In this document: one piece after another, positions 12,311 through 26,748 of the stretch
How positions within the stretch are numbered: the first letter of the stretch is position 1
How the letters are laid out: every line of letters starts with the position of its first letter
Source: Mobula hypostoma
Lineage: Eukaryota
Reading direction: 5' to 3'
Assembly (NCBI RefSeq): GCF_963921235.1
Contig: NC_086097.1
Coordinates: forward strand, 134,046,001 to 134,110,000
DNA length: 64,000 bases
Notes under the pieces: model-generated
What the model was told of the DNA's origin: nothing
The model's database searches: none
Seen by the model: only the letters and a program-made list of their open reading frames with translations
Position numbers and translations under genes: made by a program

Positions 12311-14559
12311 AGTATAACCGGTACTCAAGAAAGTCTCGATAATTATCTGAGTTGCTTCAGGCACCCTGAGTTATAAGTGGACAGAAACCAGCACTGACTC
12401 TGTTGACATCAACTTAGTGACACTTGAGGTTTGGAATTAGATTTAAATTCCATTCCTGGAACCTGCACAGGAAATCCAGGTAGGCATTACTGGTGCAGCA
12501 CCGAAAGAGTGCCACACTGTTCAAAGTGCTGGCGTCAGATTTTTCAAAATTTAGTGGTCCTGTCTAGTAAGGCTTTGGGATGAAGTGGGTTGTGCTGGTG
12601 AATGGTAGAATCTAGGATGTGGTTAAAAAATAATTGGATGTAGGATAAAAATGGGAGAATGAAGGTCTGCACAGACTCAAAGGGCTGAAGGGCATTTTTC
12701 ACTCTTTATCACTCCATGACACTAAAAATGTAAAGAAAAACATATTATATTTTCAGCAACTTTGATCAGTGAACATGTAATAATGAGAATAAGGGAACAG
12801 TGGTCTGTTTCTCTCCCATTGGACAAGAATCTCAAATATATTATTTAATACAGCCAGGTTCACAAGGTGAATGTCATTATATAAGTGGGTGAATTAAAAT
12901 TGTTTGCACCTTTAACAGTTGTGCAATAGACTTTCACAGGTTCCTTCTCCCTAAAACACATCAGCAACTGATACAATTCAACAATCAGTTCTTTATAGCT
13001 GATCAACAATTCATCTTACAAAGTAGAACATCACCGAATTCAGATATTTTTGCCCCAATAATGAAGCAAAATGCAACGTCAGTATCAACCTATTGCTACA
13101 CAAAAGGAGGTGAACTATGAATACCCGAACAATGGGCAACTCCCCACAGGACAGGTGTGACATTGCATAGAAAATGTCTAAACAACCCAAAGTCATGACT
13201 GGTGACAGGATTGAGACTGAAACCATTTCTCTGGGGCAAAACACCCCAAAATCATCAAACTGATTCTGTGCTGATTGCAACATGCAGATTGTCAGGGTGT
13301 AGTGGAACTGCTTGAAGAGTGACAAATGATTGCGTTATTTGGTGTTTTCGAAGTATACATTATTAAGATATCACCTCTAGACCCCTGGTAAAATCATCAG
13401 CCCAACCCTGCCATACTGTACAGTTGCCTGCACAAAACTGCAGTCAGTCTCAAGGACAAATGACCATACAGCAGACTGTATACTATCCGAGATGTCTTAT
13501 CATGTGAGCAAACTATTGTTCTAAAATTGTATTCATTGCTTTTCAGAGTGTTATCAGCTATATGGCAACTGCTCCCTGTGAAAAATAAAGGTGTTCTGCA
13601 TCTTTCTGGTGCAGACCACCTTTATACCAGGGTGATTTAAAAATTTCAGAGGTATCTCATGATCTTGTTCAAAGATGTTCAGTGTTTAACAATTTCCACT
13701 GGACAACGCCAACAATGAACCTTACAATCTTTAGGTTCTCCTCTTCATCCTATTTATAAGCTTTGCAAAAAAAAGGTATGCATATGCGCAGGGCTACATT
13801 GAAAAAAACCAGTGGCTTCATAACCCCAGACAAATCTGTCAGTAGCAACCTGTACTGCATGCTGTTAATGTACTGCTAGATTACCAAGGTGCAATTTTAC
13901 AGAAAGTTGCCACAAATGTGGGAAATGATTATTTCAGATTCCCAATGCATTGAAATCCATGATGGTCAGGTTACAGATCAACTATGTTAACTGAGTCAGG
14001 AGCCTGGTATCTTTCAGGGCCAGGTGTTATAGTTCCATCATGTTAAACATCATTCTCAAACTATATGAAAAAGAGGTTTGTGCTTATCCTTTGGCGGACT
14101 CTGGGATTGTGAGAGAATGCCCAGAATTCCAGAATCTGCCAAAGGATGTAACGCCCATTGAAATACGTGTGTTGTCAGGGAAGGAAATTTAGCAGCCAAT
14201 TTGCTTGCAACAAGATCCTACAAAGTGCAAGGGATAACTCTTGTTTCATCTTTCACATGTTAGGTATCACCTCTGGCAGTGTGGCCCTCCCTAAATGCTG
14301 CTGAAGTGCCAGCTTACATCGTTGTGCTCAAGTCTCAGGGGTGATACTTGGGCCTACATGTGGTTCTGAGGTGTAAGTGTGACCTAAGTAGGTACAACCA
14401 CTATGGGTGCACTGAAGTGGTAATTTGGCAAGTTTGGAACCACAATGACATTATGGTTGTAGGTCAGTCTTCCCAGTCATTAATGACCTTTCTTCCATCT
14501 CACAATCAAAAGTGGGGATGTTATATTTGTCATATAACCAAGCAGTCCATGGCTGCACA

Positions 14560-15270
14560 AAGAAAAAGCTAGGCTACATTTGGGTGTAGACTAACAAGTG
14601 GCAACTAACATTCATACCAAATACACATAAGTGCTAAGCAATGAGATGAGGGTAGTCTTACCCCCTATCCTTGATGTACCATTGCATTATCATTGCCGAA
14701 TTGCCACCCTTATCATCTACTGACTGGAAACATTATGTAAATATTGGGCTGCAGATACAAAGGCAGGTCAGATGCTGGGAATTCTGCTGTGATTGTTCAT
14801 CTTAAGGTCTTTTCACCAAACACAAACTGCAACTTAGGGTATAATGCAATATTCTCTATTTATTTAAACGCTTGTGCCTCCAACGGCAATCAAGAAGCTA
14901 GACGCCGTCCAGATGAAGCAGCCTGTTTGCTTGTCTACCCATCCACCACCCTAAGTATGCATTTTCATCAGTGCCGACGCCCTGTAACTGCAGTGTGCAC
15001 CATCTATAAAATGCACTGCAGTTACTCTCAAGGACTTCATCAACAGCACCTTCTGAAACTCTACCATCTTGAAGGACAACATCTATGCCAACATTGTAAA
15101 GTGTGGATTCCCCTCAACATCATGCACCAGTTTGACCTGGAAGTCTGTCACTGGGTCTACACCGTGGGACGCCTTGCCCAGATATATTGCGGCAGCACCT
15201 CCATCAGAAGGCCTGCTTTGTTTCAAGGCAGAGGTTCAGCATCAGTGTCTCAACGGCAGTTAAAAATGTT
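14560..15270 (+). mobile_element. Highly decayed CR1/L2-group LINE 3' region
   Basis: Fragments resembling the ORF2 C-terminus (AACLLVYPSTTL..HFHQCR..VTAVCTIYKMHC; PWDALP). Confidence 0.5.
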
Positions 15271-16096
15271 CAATGAACTCTGGCCTGACCGGCAACGCAC
15301 ACATTTCAGGAATGACTGAAGAAAAATTCAGCAAACTTCTCCTTTTTTCAGTCAAAACGTTTGATCATAACCTTCTTAATTCTTGGACTATTTTCAAGCA
15401 ATACTTTTACCCTCTCAGATTGATGTGTTTGGACATGCAAGCACAGCAAATTACTTCCATCCGTACTTTGCACATTTCTGGCCTACGCGCTAAACAAAAG
15501 GCACGGAGGCACCACAGGTGTAAAAAAAAGATTTATAAAGGTGACCTCAGAAACGAGAGATTTAACCTATCAGGGAAAACTAGATATACTGAGAAGCAAA
15601 CAGAGAGAGCTTCTCAAGACTACTGAAGGGTTCAACGAAGCAGATGCAAACAAGATATTTCCACATATGGGGGATTAGATTCTGGAATGATAAGTATAAA
15701 GAGAATCACTAATGAATCCAACAGGGAATTTAAGAGATACAACTTCAACCAGGGTACAGGAAGAATGCAGAGCTCACTACTGCAGCATGTTCTCCAGGTG
15801 AAAGCAGGAATTTGTTAAAGGAAAGCAGAACAAGCACATGAGCGAAGACGTAGAAGGATGTGGCGAGAGGCGTGAAAGTGGCTTGAACGGAGTGCGTGCA
15901 CCAGCGTGGAGCAATGGGCTGAAAGGTCAACTTGCAATGTTACCAGTATGTAACTTCACAGTTGCTGCCTGGTTGCAGCATTTTTGTGTTTAGTATAATA
16001 CAAAAAATCCAGCAAATGTGTGATACAAGTGATATCATACTGTGACAACCATAAAGGGCTGAATTGGATCAGATTGCTGTGTTAATTTGTGGTCAC

Positions 16097-16655
16097 ATAG
16101 AACATAGAACGTAGAATAGTACAGCACAGTACAGGCCCTTCGGCCCACAATGTTGTGCCGACCCTCAAACCCTCCCTCCCATATAACCCTCCACCTTAAA
16201 TTCCTCCATATACCTGTCTGGTAGTCTCTTAAACTTCACGAGTGTGTCTGCCTCCACCACTGACTCAGGCAGTGCATTCCACACACCAACCACTCTCTAA
16301 GTGAAAAACCTTCCTCTAATATCCCCCTTGAACTTCCCACCCATTACCTTAAAGCCATGTCCCCTTGTATTGAGCAGTGGTGCCCGAGGGAAGAGGCGCT
16401 GGCTATCCACTCTATCTATTCCTCTTATTATCTTGTACACCTCTATCATGTCTCCTCTCATCCTCTTTCTCTCCGAAGAGTAAAGCCCTAGCTCCCTTTA
16501 TCTCTGATCATAATGCATACTCTCTAAACCAGGTAGCATCTTGGTAAATCTCCTCTGTACCCTTTCCAATGCTTCCACATCCTTCCTATAGTGAGGCGAC
16601 CAGAACTGGACACAGTACTCCAAGTGTGACCTAACCAGAGTTTTATAGAGCTGCA
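16097..16655 (-). mobile_element. Young CR1 LINE 3' fragment
   Basis: Little-decayed ORF2 C-terminus on the minus strand and a tandem (CATAGAA)n tail at 16097-16120. Confidence 0.9.
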
Positions 16656-17769
16656 TACATTTTGCAGAAAGCTTCATGGGTTTCTCAGATTTAATTTAGA
16701 TGCTCCTGGGCAGCTGGGCCTATGTTGCAGCATAGGGTATCAAACAGCTGGAGGAACTCAGTGGGGTGAGCAGCCTCAGTGGAGAGAAATTATCGACGTT
16801 TGAGGCTGAGGTCCTACACTGGGTTCTTGACATGAAGCATCCGCAATTCATTTTCCCCCACAGATGCTGCTCAACCCACTGAGTTTGTCCAGCTGTTTGT
16901 TATATTGCTCCAGATTCCAGCATCCGTAGTCTCTTATGTCTCCACTTTATGCTGAGGTGTGGTTTCCTCAGGAGCAGATTGTCCCTGTTTGAGCAGTCAG
17001 CCTCAGCGTGTAACTGAAAACAAGTTATTGATCAAATGATGTTTCTATGAGTGATCTGGCCCTATTTATTAATCTCCATCCACACAGACACTCATTCCAA
17101 CTGGGCGCTCACTGAAGAGTGCCCTCGGACAGTAACCTTGTGAAACTGGATAGTCTCCCACCACCCACTCAGAGGCAGTGTGGACTCATCCAAGACCTCA
17201 AATTAATAGGAAGTAATCCAGATTTTCCTGATGTGTAAGAATTCAAGGACCTGTGAAGGCCCTTCACCAAATAGGGCACTGAAGAAATAATCACCTTGTT
17301 CCCCTTGGTAACAAACTAGGCATTACATCTTGTCTGAGGACTCTCAGCCTCTGAGAGAATTGTATTGCAACACAAGCCCACAGGTCATGAAGTAGAGAGA
17401 GGAATTAACCAACATTGAGTCTGAATAACCTTGAATATTAAAGACCTTCTGAAATATCGCTCGTTTGCTTGTAGAATGTGTTCCAAATGAGCTATTTATC
17501 CTCTTCGTTGATCAATGTACTTCGCATTTAATTGCTTCGTCCAACTCGTTACTGTCAGTGTTGGTGTTCCAGAAAAGCCCTTCCCCACCCCTCCTCATCC
17601 CACCCCATCAGCACAAGCTTCAATGCCTTTCTCTCTCATGCTGCTCTTCAATGTATCCAGGCTCACCGCAGACCAAGCCAAATATCAACAAGATAGAGAC
17701 TAGGGTTACCTTGCTGCATCTGGTGCCAGAGAACCAACATACCCTCACATGAGCACACATGCAGTTGGA

Positions 17770-18290
17770 CATGGGCACATGATTAATACTTGCTGGTGAA
17801 AGCTCCAGTTAAAAGGAGGAATTCTGCTGAGATAAAAGATTGCTTCTTTTGTGAGAAACCCTGCTTATATTTGTTCAATGAAAGTGAAATGAGAAAATAA
17901 ATGTGCATTAGCAGCTCATTCTGGTAATACTTATTTTTCACAAGGTGCAGATGTGAAAGTACTGTTGCTACTTACACCCCAGGGTATTAGAGTATTAAAA
18001 ATTCTGAAGTAAATTGTTCATCATGGTATATGTGCACACTTGACGTATGCCAAGTAATGCTTGGTGTGTGCCAAACTCTGGTACGTGCTGTGCTTTGTAA
18101 TTTAACAGGGAAGTTATGTGGTAGAAATGAGATAATTTGCTTTCCTCTTACCTGTGGTTTTCCTGCTTCTAGCCGGTTAATCAGTGAAGGAAGGATCTTT
18201 AGAGTCTTTCAGAATTATCAATGCATCACTTGGGGGAACAAAAAATTCTTGGATGATTTCTGCAAATGAATCATATAAGCTAACAAGTTT
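17770..18290. promoter_or_regulatory. Candidate conserved non-coding element
   Basis: Unique AT-rich block with homeodomain cores (TGATTAAT at ~17780) between repeats. Confidence 0.3.
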
Positions 18291-19679
18291 TTTAAAACAT
18301 GAATGCTCAGGGCTATTTCACTTAAAATAGTGTAAATCATCAATTATAGGCATGGGATAGGTCCTGTACTATTGTTATTAGATCTTAACCACATCCAGCC
18401 ATCTCCCTAAGACTAGTAGGATCCCATACACATCAGCCTTTGAGTCCTCATAAATAAATCTGACACCTCACCGGGTGTAGATTTCCACTTCCAGTGAAAC
18501 TATCAATTCATTTAGAAACGTTTTCTTGGTGATGATGCCACATATTGTAAAAGAAAGCAGACTTTCTGCCAACAAGAACAAGGTGTGGGAGCAAGAAAGC
18601 CATTTAGCTTGCACCTCCATTCAACAAGGTGCCATTCAACATCCACTGCCTTCAGTTCATCCAGGCCCCACAACCTCTCGATTTTTCAGTATACTCAATA
18701 GTCAAAAACCAACAGCCGTCTGGGGTACTCACAACCCTCTCCTTCACAAGTCAGTGCTTGCTTCATCCATTACAGTCCTCCCCATTTCTTAAATCCCATA
18801 TCAGAGGAAGCAGCCCCTCAGCGTTGACTTCATCAAGCTCAAGGGGGTTTCCCGTAGATGCCCAACAGGAAAGTTCCACTCATCTGTAACATACAAGTAG
18901 TTCTGTTTTCAGCTGGAGTGATGATGGAAAGCTAAACATTGCACCATGCATGTGCTATTTACTGCTTTGCTGTTTCTAGATCCATGGTGCCTACCTGTCA
19001 CACTTACATTCTGGGTTGATCAAAAGGAACAAATGGGTAATACCCAATGACTAACAAAATATCCAAATGACTATTCGACCTAGTGCTGTTACTCTGCTTG
19101 GTTTCATTTTAATTATTTTTCTTTTTTTTAAAACATCTCTCCATTGTCTTTCTCCCTTTTCTCCACCTTCCCTCAGCATTGGCCTAGATCACCCTCTCTA
19201 ATAACCTGAATGTTTCTGAAGAGAATCGTCCCATCAAAGGCAGTTCTGCCTTCTGCGACCAAAGCTTCAGCCTCTGAAAACGACTCCCAAAACCTTCCCC
19301 ACTTCTCCACCCTCATTTAAGATTCTGCACAGAATTCCTCTGTAACTATGACCTAAAATTACTTTGAATAGCACAACATTAAGTCTTTCTTTTGACTTTG
19401 TTAAAACTTCAGCGAACAGGAGAAAACTATCTCCTTTTAACTGGATTAATACCTTACCAACAAGTATTAATCATGTGCCGATGTCCAACTGCATGTGTGC
19501 TCGTGTGAGCGTATGTTGGTTTGGGGCAAAGTATGTTTGTGCTCCCTTTTGAAATACCAACCCAACACTTCAGAGGTTTTACAATCCATACCCAAGAGGT
19601 TGGGTGGAGGAAGAAGGGAGTGCCTTAATTGAACATCTCAATATACAACGGCATATCCAGCAATGGATTGACTCATCAA

Positions 19680-19995
19680 TATCAGAATCGTGTTTATTAT
19701 CACTGATATACGCCATGCAGCAGCAACACAATCCAAGACATAAATAAATGACTATAAGTTACTATAAGAAATATAAAAAATAAATATGTAGTGCAAAAAA
19801 TAAGCTAGTTCTTATGGGTTCATAGTCCATTCAGAAATCTGATGGCAGAGAGGAAGAGGCTGTTCTAAACATGTTGAGTGTGTCTCTTCAGTCCCTTGTA
19901 CCTCCTCCCTGATGGCAGCAATGAGGGTCTTTAATAATGGTGCCTATTGAAGATGTCTTAGATAGTGGGGAGGCCCATGGTGGAATTGGCTGAAG
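19680..19995 (-). mobile_element. L2/Rex-type LINE 3' fragment
   Basis: CCATCAGGGAGGAGGTAC (PSGRRY motif) on the minus strand plus 3' UTR. Confidence 0.6.
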
Positions 19996-20814
19996 ACTTT
20001 GTCAGCTTGGACTATGCATTCATGTGTCCAGAGTGGGACTTGAATCCTCAACTCCCCAACTCCAACTAAGATTCCATTAAGGGATATCATGAAATAATTT
20101 TGACCAAGGTTCAGTCCCCCACTAGAGAATTTACTTAATATGTTGCATCATGCATTAAATCAAAGATTAAGTATGTTACTTCAATAGCATAAATCGCAGG
20201 CCTAAAAATAATGCTTCTGAAGGTCTACCGAGGATTATTCTTTGAAAACGTAAGGAGAAAACATAAGCAGATGAATATATAAAAGTAGTTTACTTAATTG
20301 GAGCTGCATAAATATAAGTTTTAAAAGGCTGAGATCAATAGGAATTATTAGGAATGGTGCTTTGCAGAAGATATTTTATATAGAGCACATCCTGTGAGCA
20401 TCAGACACCATTTACTGCTGTCATTTTGCTGAAGTGTGATGCTATGCCTACCAGTACCCAGCAAAACAAAGGACAGCAGGATGTTGTAAATCAGTGACGT
20501 GAATGAAACTTTTCAGCATTAAAGCCAGCAAGCAGCACTGGCCCTTTCTGAAAAAAATACTAAATAGCCTTTTGATAAATGGGCCATTTCCTGGTGAGAT
20601 GCTGGCGATTGTTAGTGTGTGTGTGTGTGTGTGTGTGTGCGCACGGCAGTCACCTCCTCGCTCGAGTTGGGCAGCAGAGGGAATTCAGAATCTATTTCCA
20701 CAGCTGGGGGTGAGGACTGGACAACAGCACAAGGTCCAACTCCCTTCTCCACTGGTAAAATGGTATTCAGTGTAGGTCAGTGCTACTTTCATCGGCTGGG
20801 CACATACAAAAGCT

Positions 20815-21310
20815 AGGCACACACACATACACAGAAACAACATGCACACATACAATCACATACACACACACAAAAACACATGCCAGACACAAATGCACAA
20901 ACACAAACACATAGCTATAAATACAGCTAGAAACATCGATGTGCATACAAATGAACACCCACATAGGAACATGAACCATAGTTCTAAAAATGTGCAAAAT
21001 ATGCGCACATCAATACAGAAACACACATACTTAGAAACATATAGAACCATGAGGATATTTGCATCAGATTCAAGGGTATGATGCACTTGCATGCATACAC
21101 ACACACACACACACACAGAATTGCATATATACCCTTAGATACAATGCTCATCACCTACAGATGCATACAGTTCATGTATATATCCATTAATACAGATGTA
21201 TTTGCACACATACACATGCGTATACACACAAACACACACACACTCAGACACAAAGATACTCAAGCATACATAAAGCACACAGAGGCACACACTCAAACAA
21301 ATGCATATTA
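20815..21310. repeat. Cryptic CA-rich simple repeat
   Basis: Degenerate (CA)n/ACAT tract with a pure (CA)n core at ~21097-21117. Confidence 0.85.
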
Positions 21311-21454
21311 CAGGTACACTGGTCATCTCCTTGTGAAGGCAAAAACTTGCCTTGTTAACAACCTCAGATGATAGAGGAGTTTTTGAGCTGCTGTCTTGTA
21401 CAGATTGTTCTAGACCTGGCCTCTGCGGGAATATATATCCGCCCTGAGCTGGGC

Positions 21455-21900
21455 AGTGGGCACATTTAATCAGCAGCTAATAACTATACAGGAGGAGCTG
21501 TTCTCATTCATAAATCAATGTGCAAAATAATTGCTAATACACTAGTTATCGATTAGCGTGCTGACGCTCATTTTGTGGCAATAGCAGAGGACTAACAAAG
21601 TGACAAGGGTAAAGTGTTATTTCTTTCACACACAGACAGCTGGGCTGGAAAAATGACTCCAGCAGGCAGTAATTCTTAATTGACACCTGTCAAGATAATG
21701 GCAGCAGTCACAGATGTTGCAGGGAAATTCATCCCAGGCCCGTTGATTTGTCAGCCTTAATTTTCTTTCAGCGCACCATTTGATCCCCTCTATCCTTTCC
21801 AAATGTGTGTAAATTGCTCCTACTTTTGCAACATTCCCAGGTTTTAATTTCTCCTTGTTGTAACTAAACCATCTCCCTCCATCAGCTCTTTGTACTGTAT
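21455..21900. promoter_or_regulatory. Candidate Pbx-Hox/Meis enhancer
   Basis: TGATTTATGA on the minus strand at 21508-21517, TTGACACCTGTCAA palindrome at ~21680-21693, further TGACA/TGTCA and TAAT sites. Confidence 0.5.
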
Positions 21901-22424
21901 TGTTTGCTCCCAGAACTGGTCATAGCACCAAGCTGATGCCGTGGAAGAGGGTGTAGCGGGGGTGGGGGGGGGAGGTGTTGGAAGGCAATTAATAAGACAT
22001 TAGAAAGTTTTATCAAAGGGTTCTCAACATCTAGACTTCTAGGGAAATCTTTCCCGATCTTGAGTGCAGACAGTGACAGGGGCGCTCAGTGCCTAAAAGG
22101 TTATTGGAAGCAGCAATCCTCGTTACAGTTACCATGCATCCCTTTGGGGCTATGGGGAGTACAATTAGAATGAAGACTTCTCTTTGGACTAGTATGGATA
22201 CAATGAGCCAAAAGGCCTCCTTCATATTTTTCCATGACTAATGGCATATCTATTACCTCATTGTAAATTCAGAAGTGCAGATTTAAAAGCTGTGGGGTTG
22301 GGGGTTGGTTATATGGCAGAATTATTTAGGGGGATTTTTTAAATGGCTTGATTAGGATACAAATCTAAGATCTATAAAATAATAATGACCCCTACCTTAT
22401 TGAGGCCAGGAGTCAACTCTCAGG

Positions 22425-24400
22425 CACATCCTCTTACTTACCCCTTGAAGAGGACCCACTCCAGACCATCAGAAAACTGTCTCCAACACCAGCACTGACC
22501 TCAGCAATTCTGAAGAACTCCCATCCACTGCCACCAAACTCATAGTTCCCCGACCTCACACTTCTCACTTCTGCCCCAACAAACCTGACTATCCGGGTAG
22601 GCCCATTGTCTTTGCCTGCTCCTGACCCCTGAACACATGTCCTCATACCTTGACTCCATTCTATCCCCCTTGGTTCAGTCCCTTCTCACCTACGTCCATG
22701 ACACTTCTCATGCTCTTGATCTCCTCACTAACTTTCAATTCCCTGGCCCTGACCATCTCATTTTCAACATAGATGTCCGGTCCCTATACACTTCTATCCC
22801 CATCGAGAAGGCCTTAAAGCTGTCTGCTTCTTTCGCAATAAAAGAACCAACCAGTCCTCCTCCTTCATCACACTTTTCCATCTGGCAGAACTGGTCCTAA
22901 CCCTCAACAATTTTTCTTTCAGCTCCTCCCACTTTTTCCAGACTCAAGGGGTCACCATGAGCACCCGCATGGGCCACAGCTTTTCATCAGCTACGTAGAA
23001 CAGTGTCTGTTCCAAGCCTTCCTGGGTAACGCTCCCCAACTCTTCCTCTGCTACATTGACAACTGCATTGGTGCTGCTTCATGCACCCAGTCTGAACTTG
23101 TCAAATTTCATCAACTTTGCCTCCAACTTCTGCTCTGCCCTTAAATTCAATTGGTCAATTTCTAACACCTCCTTCTCCTTTCTGAACCTCTCTGTCTCCA
23201 ACTCGGGAGACAATCTGTTGACCGACATCTTTTATAAACCTACCATTACTACGGCTATCTTGACTATCTCCTCCCACCCTGTCTCCTGTAAATATGCTAT
23301 CAGACATGTCATTCTTCTTCAAAGGGTTCACTTCTTCCACCATTTACGCTGTCCTCACCCACATCTCCTCCATTTCCCAGATATCCATGATCACTCGATC
23401 TTCCAGCTGCCTTAACAGTGATAGTGGTCCTACCATCATATGAGCTTCCACATCCAACGCACCATTCTCCGCAACTTCCACCATCTCCAAAGGGATCCAA
23501 TCACTAAACACATCTTTACCTCCTCACCCCCACCCCCAACTCTATGTTTTCTGTAGGGACCACTCCCTCCAGGATTCCTTTGTCCATTTGTTCCTCTTCA
23601 CTAATCCCCCTTCCAGAACTTATCCCTGCTAAGGGCTAAAGTTTTACAATTGCCCATTCATTTCCTCCCTCATCTCCATACTGGGCCCCAAACATTCCTT
23701 CCGGGTGAGACAACACTTCACCTGTGAATCTGCTGGGGTCGTCTACTGTATCTAGTACTCCTGATGTGGCTCCTCTACATTGGTGAGACCTCCCATAAAT
23801 CGGGGGCCACTTTGTCGAGAACCTTCGCTCCATCAGACACAAGTGGAGCTTCCTGGTGGCCAAACATTTTAATTCCAATTCCCATTCTCATTCCGACATG
23901 TCAGTCCTTGGCCTCCTCTTCTGCACCAATGAAGGCCACTTTCAGGATGGAGGAGCAATGCCTTATATTCTGTCTGGGTAGCCTCCAACCTGACGGCATG
24001 AATATTGATTTCTCCTTCCAGGTAAAAAAAATTCCCTCCCCTTCCCCTCTTCTTCTATCCCCCACTCTGGCATTTTGCCTCTTCTCACCTGCCTATCACT
24101 TCTCTCTCCTCCTTCCCTTTCTACTATGGTCCAATCTCCTCCCCTATCAGATTCCTTCCTCTCTAGCCCTTTACCTTTCCCACCTGCCTGGCTTCACCTA
24201 TGATTTTCTAACTATTCTCCTTTCCCTTCCCCACCTTTTTATTCTGGCATCTTCCCCCTTACTTTCCATTCCTGGTGAAGCATCTCAGCTCAAAACGTCA
24301 ACTGTTTATTCACCTCCATGGATGCTGCCTGACCCGCTGTGAACTCCCAGCATTTTGAGCATGTTGGCTGGGATTTCCAGCATCTGCAGAATTTCTTGTG
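22425..24400 (+). mobile_element. Penelope-like retroelement (RT + GIY-YIG), decayed
   Basis: SYLDSILSPLVQSL..YVHDT, DVRSLYTSIP, QGVTMSTRMG, YIDN (YIDD motif), GVVYCI...LLYIGET (GIY-YIG), pyrimidine-rich tail and terminal hammerhead-like motif at 24267-24304. Confidence 0.9.
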
Positions 24401-26248
24401 TTAATAATAATGATCTGTCCAGAACAACTGCCATTCCAAAAACGTTTTGGAAGCATGACTTTGTTGTTGCTCTACATGAAATTTAATGGAATGGAGTATT
24501 TTCCTGTCTCCCAGTGGAATAATGATTCATATAAGTGTGAAAATCCCATGGACCACACGTCATTCAGAATGAATTGAAATTGTTGTAACAGAGGGTTAAA
24601 TCTCAGACACAAAACATCATCGATTCACCCATAACAGGGGCCCATAAGAGGGCACCCTGTGCTATTTTAGAATTGGGACAACAACATTTAGGGTAACTTT
24701 TCCCCTTCAGTGTTTTTATTAACTAATTTTCTGGAACATGGGGGCCACTGACAAGACCAGCATTTGCTACCCATCACTAATTGCCTTGAATTAAGTGACT
24801 TGGTGGGTCATTTCAAATGGCATTGAAGAGTGAGCCACATAGATGGGTTTGGAAAGTATTTCAGGCAGTGTAACGCTGGCAAGTTCCTCCCCAATCTGAT
24901 TTTTTTTTGTCATAGCTATAAACAGTTAACTTCATGTTAACTCCAAATTATTAACCAAATTTAGCTTCCACGCTTTTTTTTTTGAAGTCAGATTTCTGGA
25001 TTTTTCGTACTGGCCTCTAGGTTATTAGTCCAGTAATTTAACCACTGCCACCACTCTATGATAACAGCTATAAGTCAGCAGTGGAAGGCATTTCCTTGCA
25101 ATTCCTTTCCACATCATAAAAAGGATGCACACATATGATGCCCAGTTCAGTAAGTTGCTGGCATCCCATTCAGAAATGTGAATGATTATGGCCTGGAATA
25201 AGACTCAGTGCTTTCAAAATGCCTTTCTTTAACAAGGCATTGATGCTGGCTGGTCCCACTTACAACTTCATTAGGGGCCAATGCTAGCAAGTGACCATTA
25301 TTCTTTCCAAGACTGGCCTAGCCTCCTTTAAATGAGCAGGTGCCCAGAACTTCAGGGCTCCATGATTTTTTGGCAAAAGTAATCACACTCTGAACTCCCT
25401 AAAATCAATATAGCATGTTCCACAGTTATAAACTCATGGCTTGGATAGCCAAAAATGGAAACTTCAGGAGGAATAATATTCCAGTTGAAGGGGTTAACCC
25501 AGTTAATTTCAGCAACCAAAATTATGAGCGGTTCCAATAACTGAACATTCATGCTGTGGGATTATTGGTGGAGGAATATATTTTGGTCCCAGGACCACTA
25601 GGGCACCCCCTCCTGATCTTCTTCAGAGCAAGAGATTGGAATATTTTGTGTCCACAGTAGAAGACAGACAAGGCTTCAGGGTAACATGTCAATCACACTG
25701 CAGAGTACTAACCTAGCTGCAGTCTGTTTTAAAAATGTATCCAAACTGATCACAGCGAATGCAAACGAGGAACTTCTTGTTTTCACAATGTACCAATTCT
25801 AACAACCTGACATTTGTGAAAGACAAGCTACAACATCAAGGACAAAGCTCCGCATCCTATCACAGCAAAGCTGCCGCAGTATCACAGCTCTCAGGAGGGA
25901 ACAGTCAGGAACCCTTCTTAATCTGCCTACTCTTTCTGGTTGAAACCTCCTTGATTCTCATCAGATTGTCACACTTCTGTTATGTGACTGCATCAGATCA
26001 GTCTGCAGTATAGCTGTTCACTCTCACTGTCCAATAATTCCTGGAATGCTGATATCTTTCTGAGCTGAATGGAAGTTGAACAAATCTATAACATTTTTCC
26101 AGGTTACTTAATAATGTGCAATTACTGTATAAGACAAGAGTTCTTTTTATGAACCAATAAATGTGATAAATGAGTGCATCTAACGCTATTGATTATACAT
26201 GTTTAAAAAACCCCACCTGATTCTGCTTCTTCCCATTTAAATTAATTG

Positions 26249-26499
26249 TGTTGTGTATTTAATATTTAAGTAATATTTGAGTACTCTTGTAAATATATTG
26301 CTTGATTAAGCATTCTTTTTTCCTTAAATAATTCAGTACAAGTTATATAGATATAAATTTGTGAATTACATATGCCATCATGCTACCACATGATATATGT
26401 GTGCCTCACTTAAAGTAAACACAAAGTTAGACCTGCATTTTTGGACTCCTCTGTCTTCCGTTTCAATTAGTTTAATGTTTTGAAGTTACAAAAAAAAAA
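26249..26499 (+). repeat. 5' LTR
   Basis: Begins TGTTGTGTATTTAATATTTAAGTAATATTTGA and ends ...TTTTGAAGTTACAAAA; collinear with 29474-29722. Confidence 0.85.
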
Positions 26500-26748
26500 T
26501 TGCTGACCAGGTATTTTTAAAACAAACCCAAGACAGCTATTGACCTGATGAAGCTCCGTGAGATGTTCATGTTAAAAAAAAATGCAGCGAGAAACAGCGA
26601 GTAAAAAAAAAACACAGCACAGCACATGCATAAACAGTCTTTGGAAGGGAAGAGATGAGTGAGTTTTTAAAATAAAGACAGAAAACAGAAGAATTTATAG
26701 GTTTATAAAGAATAAGTACCGAGTAATAATAATTATGAAAAATCAGAA

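Noticed and set aside
14744..15319. 191-aa ORF
   Set aside because: Chance open frame across a decayed LINE; no host protein recognised.
20767..21371. Cys/Val- and His/Thr-rich ORFs
   Set aside because: Translations of CA/TG simple repeats.
23764..24342. 192-aa hydrophobic ORF
   Set aside because: Frameshifted Penelope GIY-YIG end plus pyrimidine-rich tail, not a membrane protein gene.
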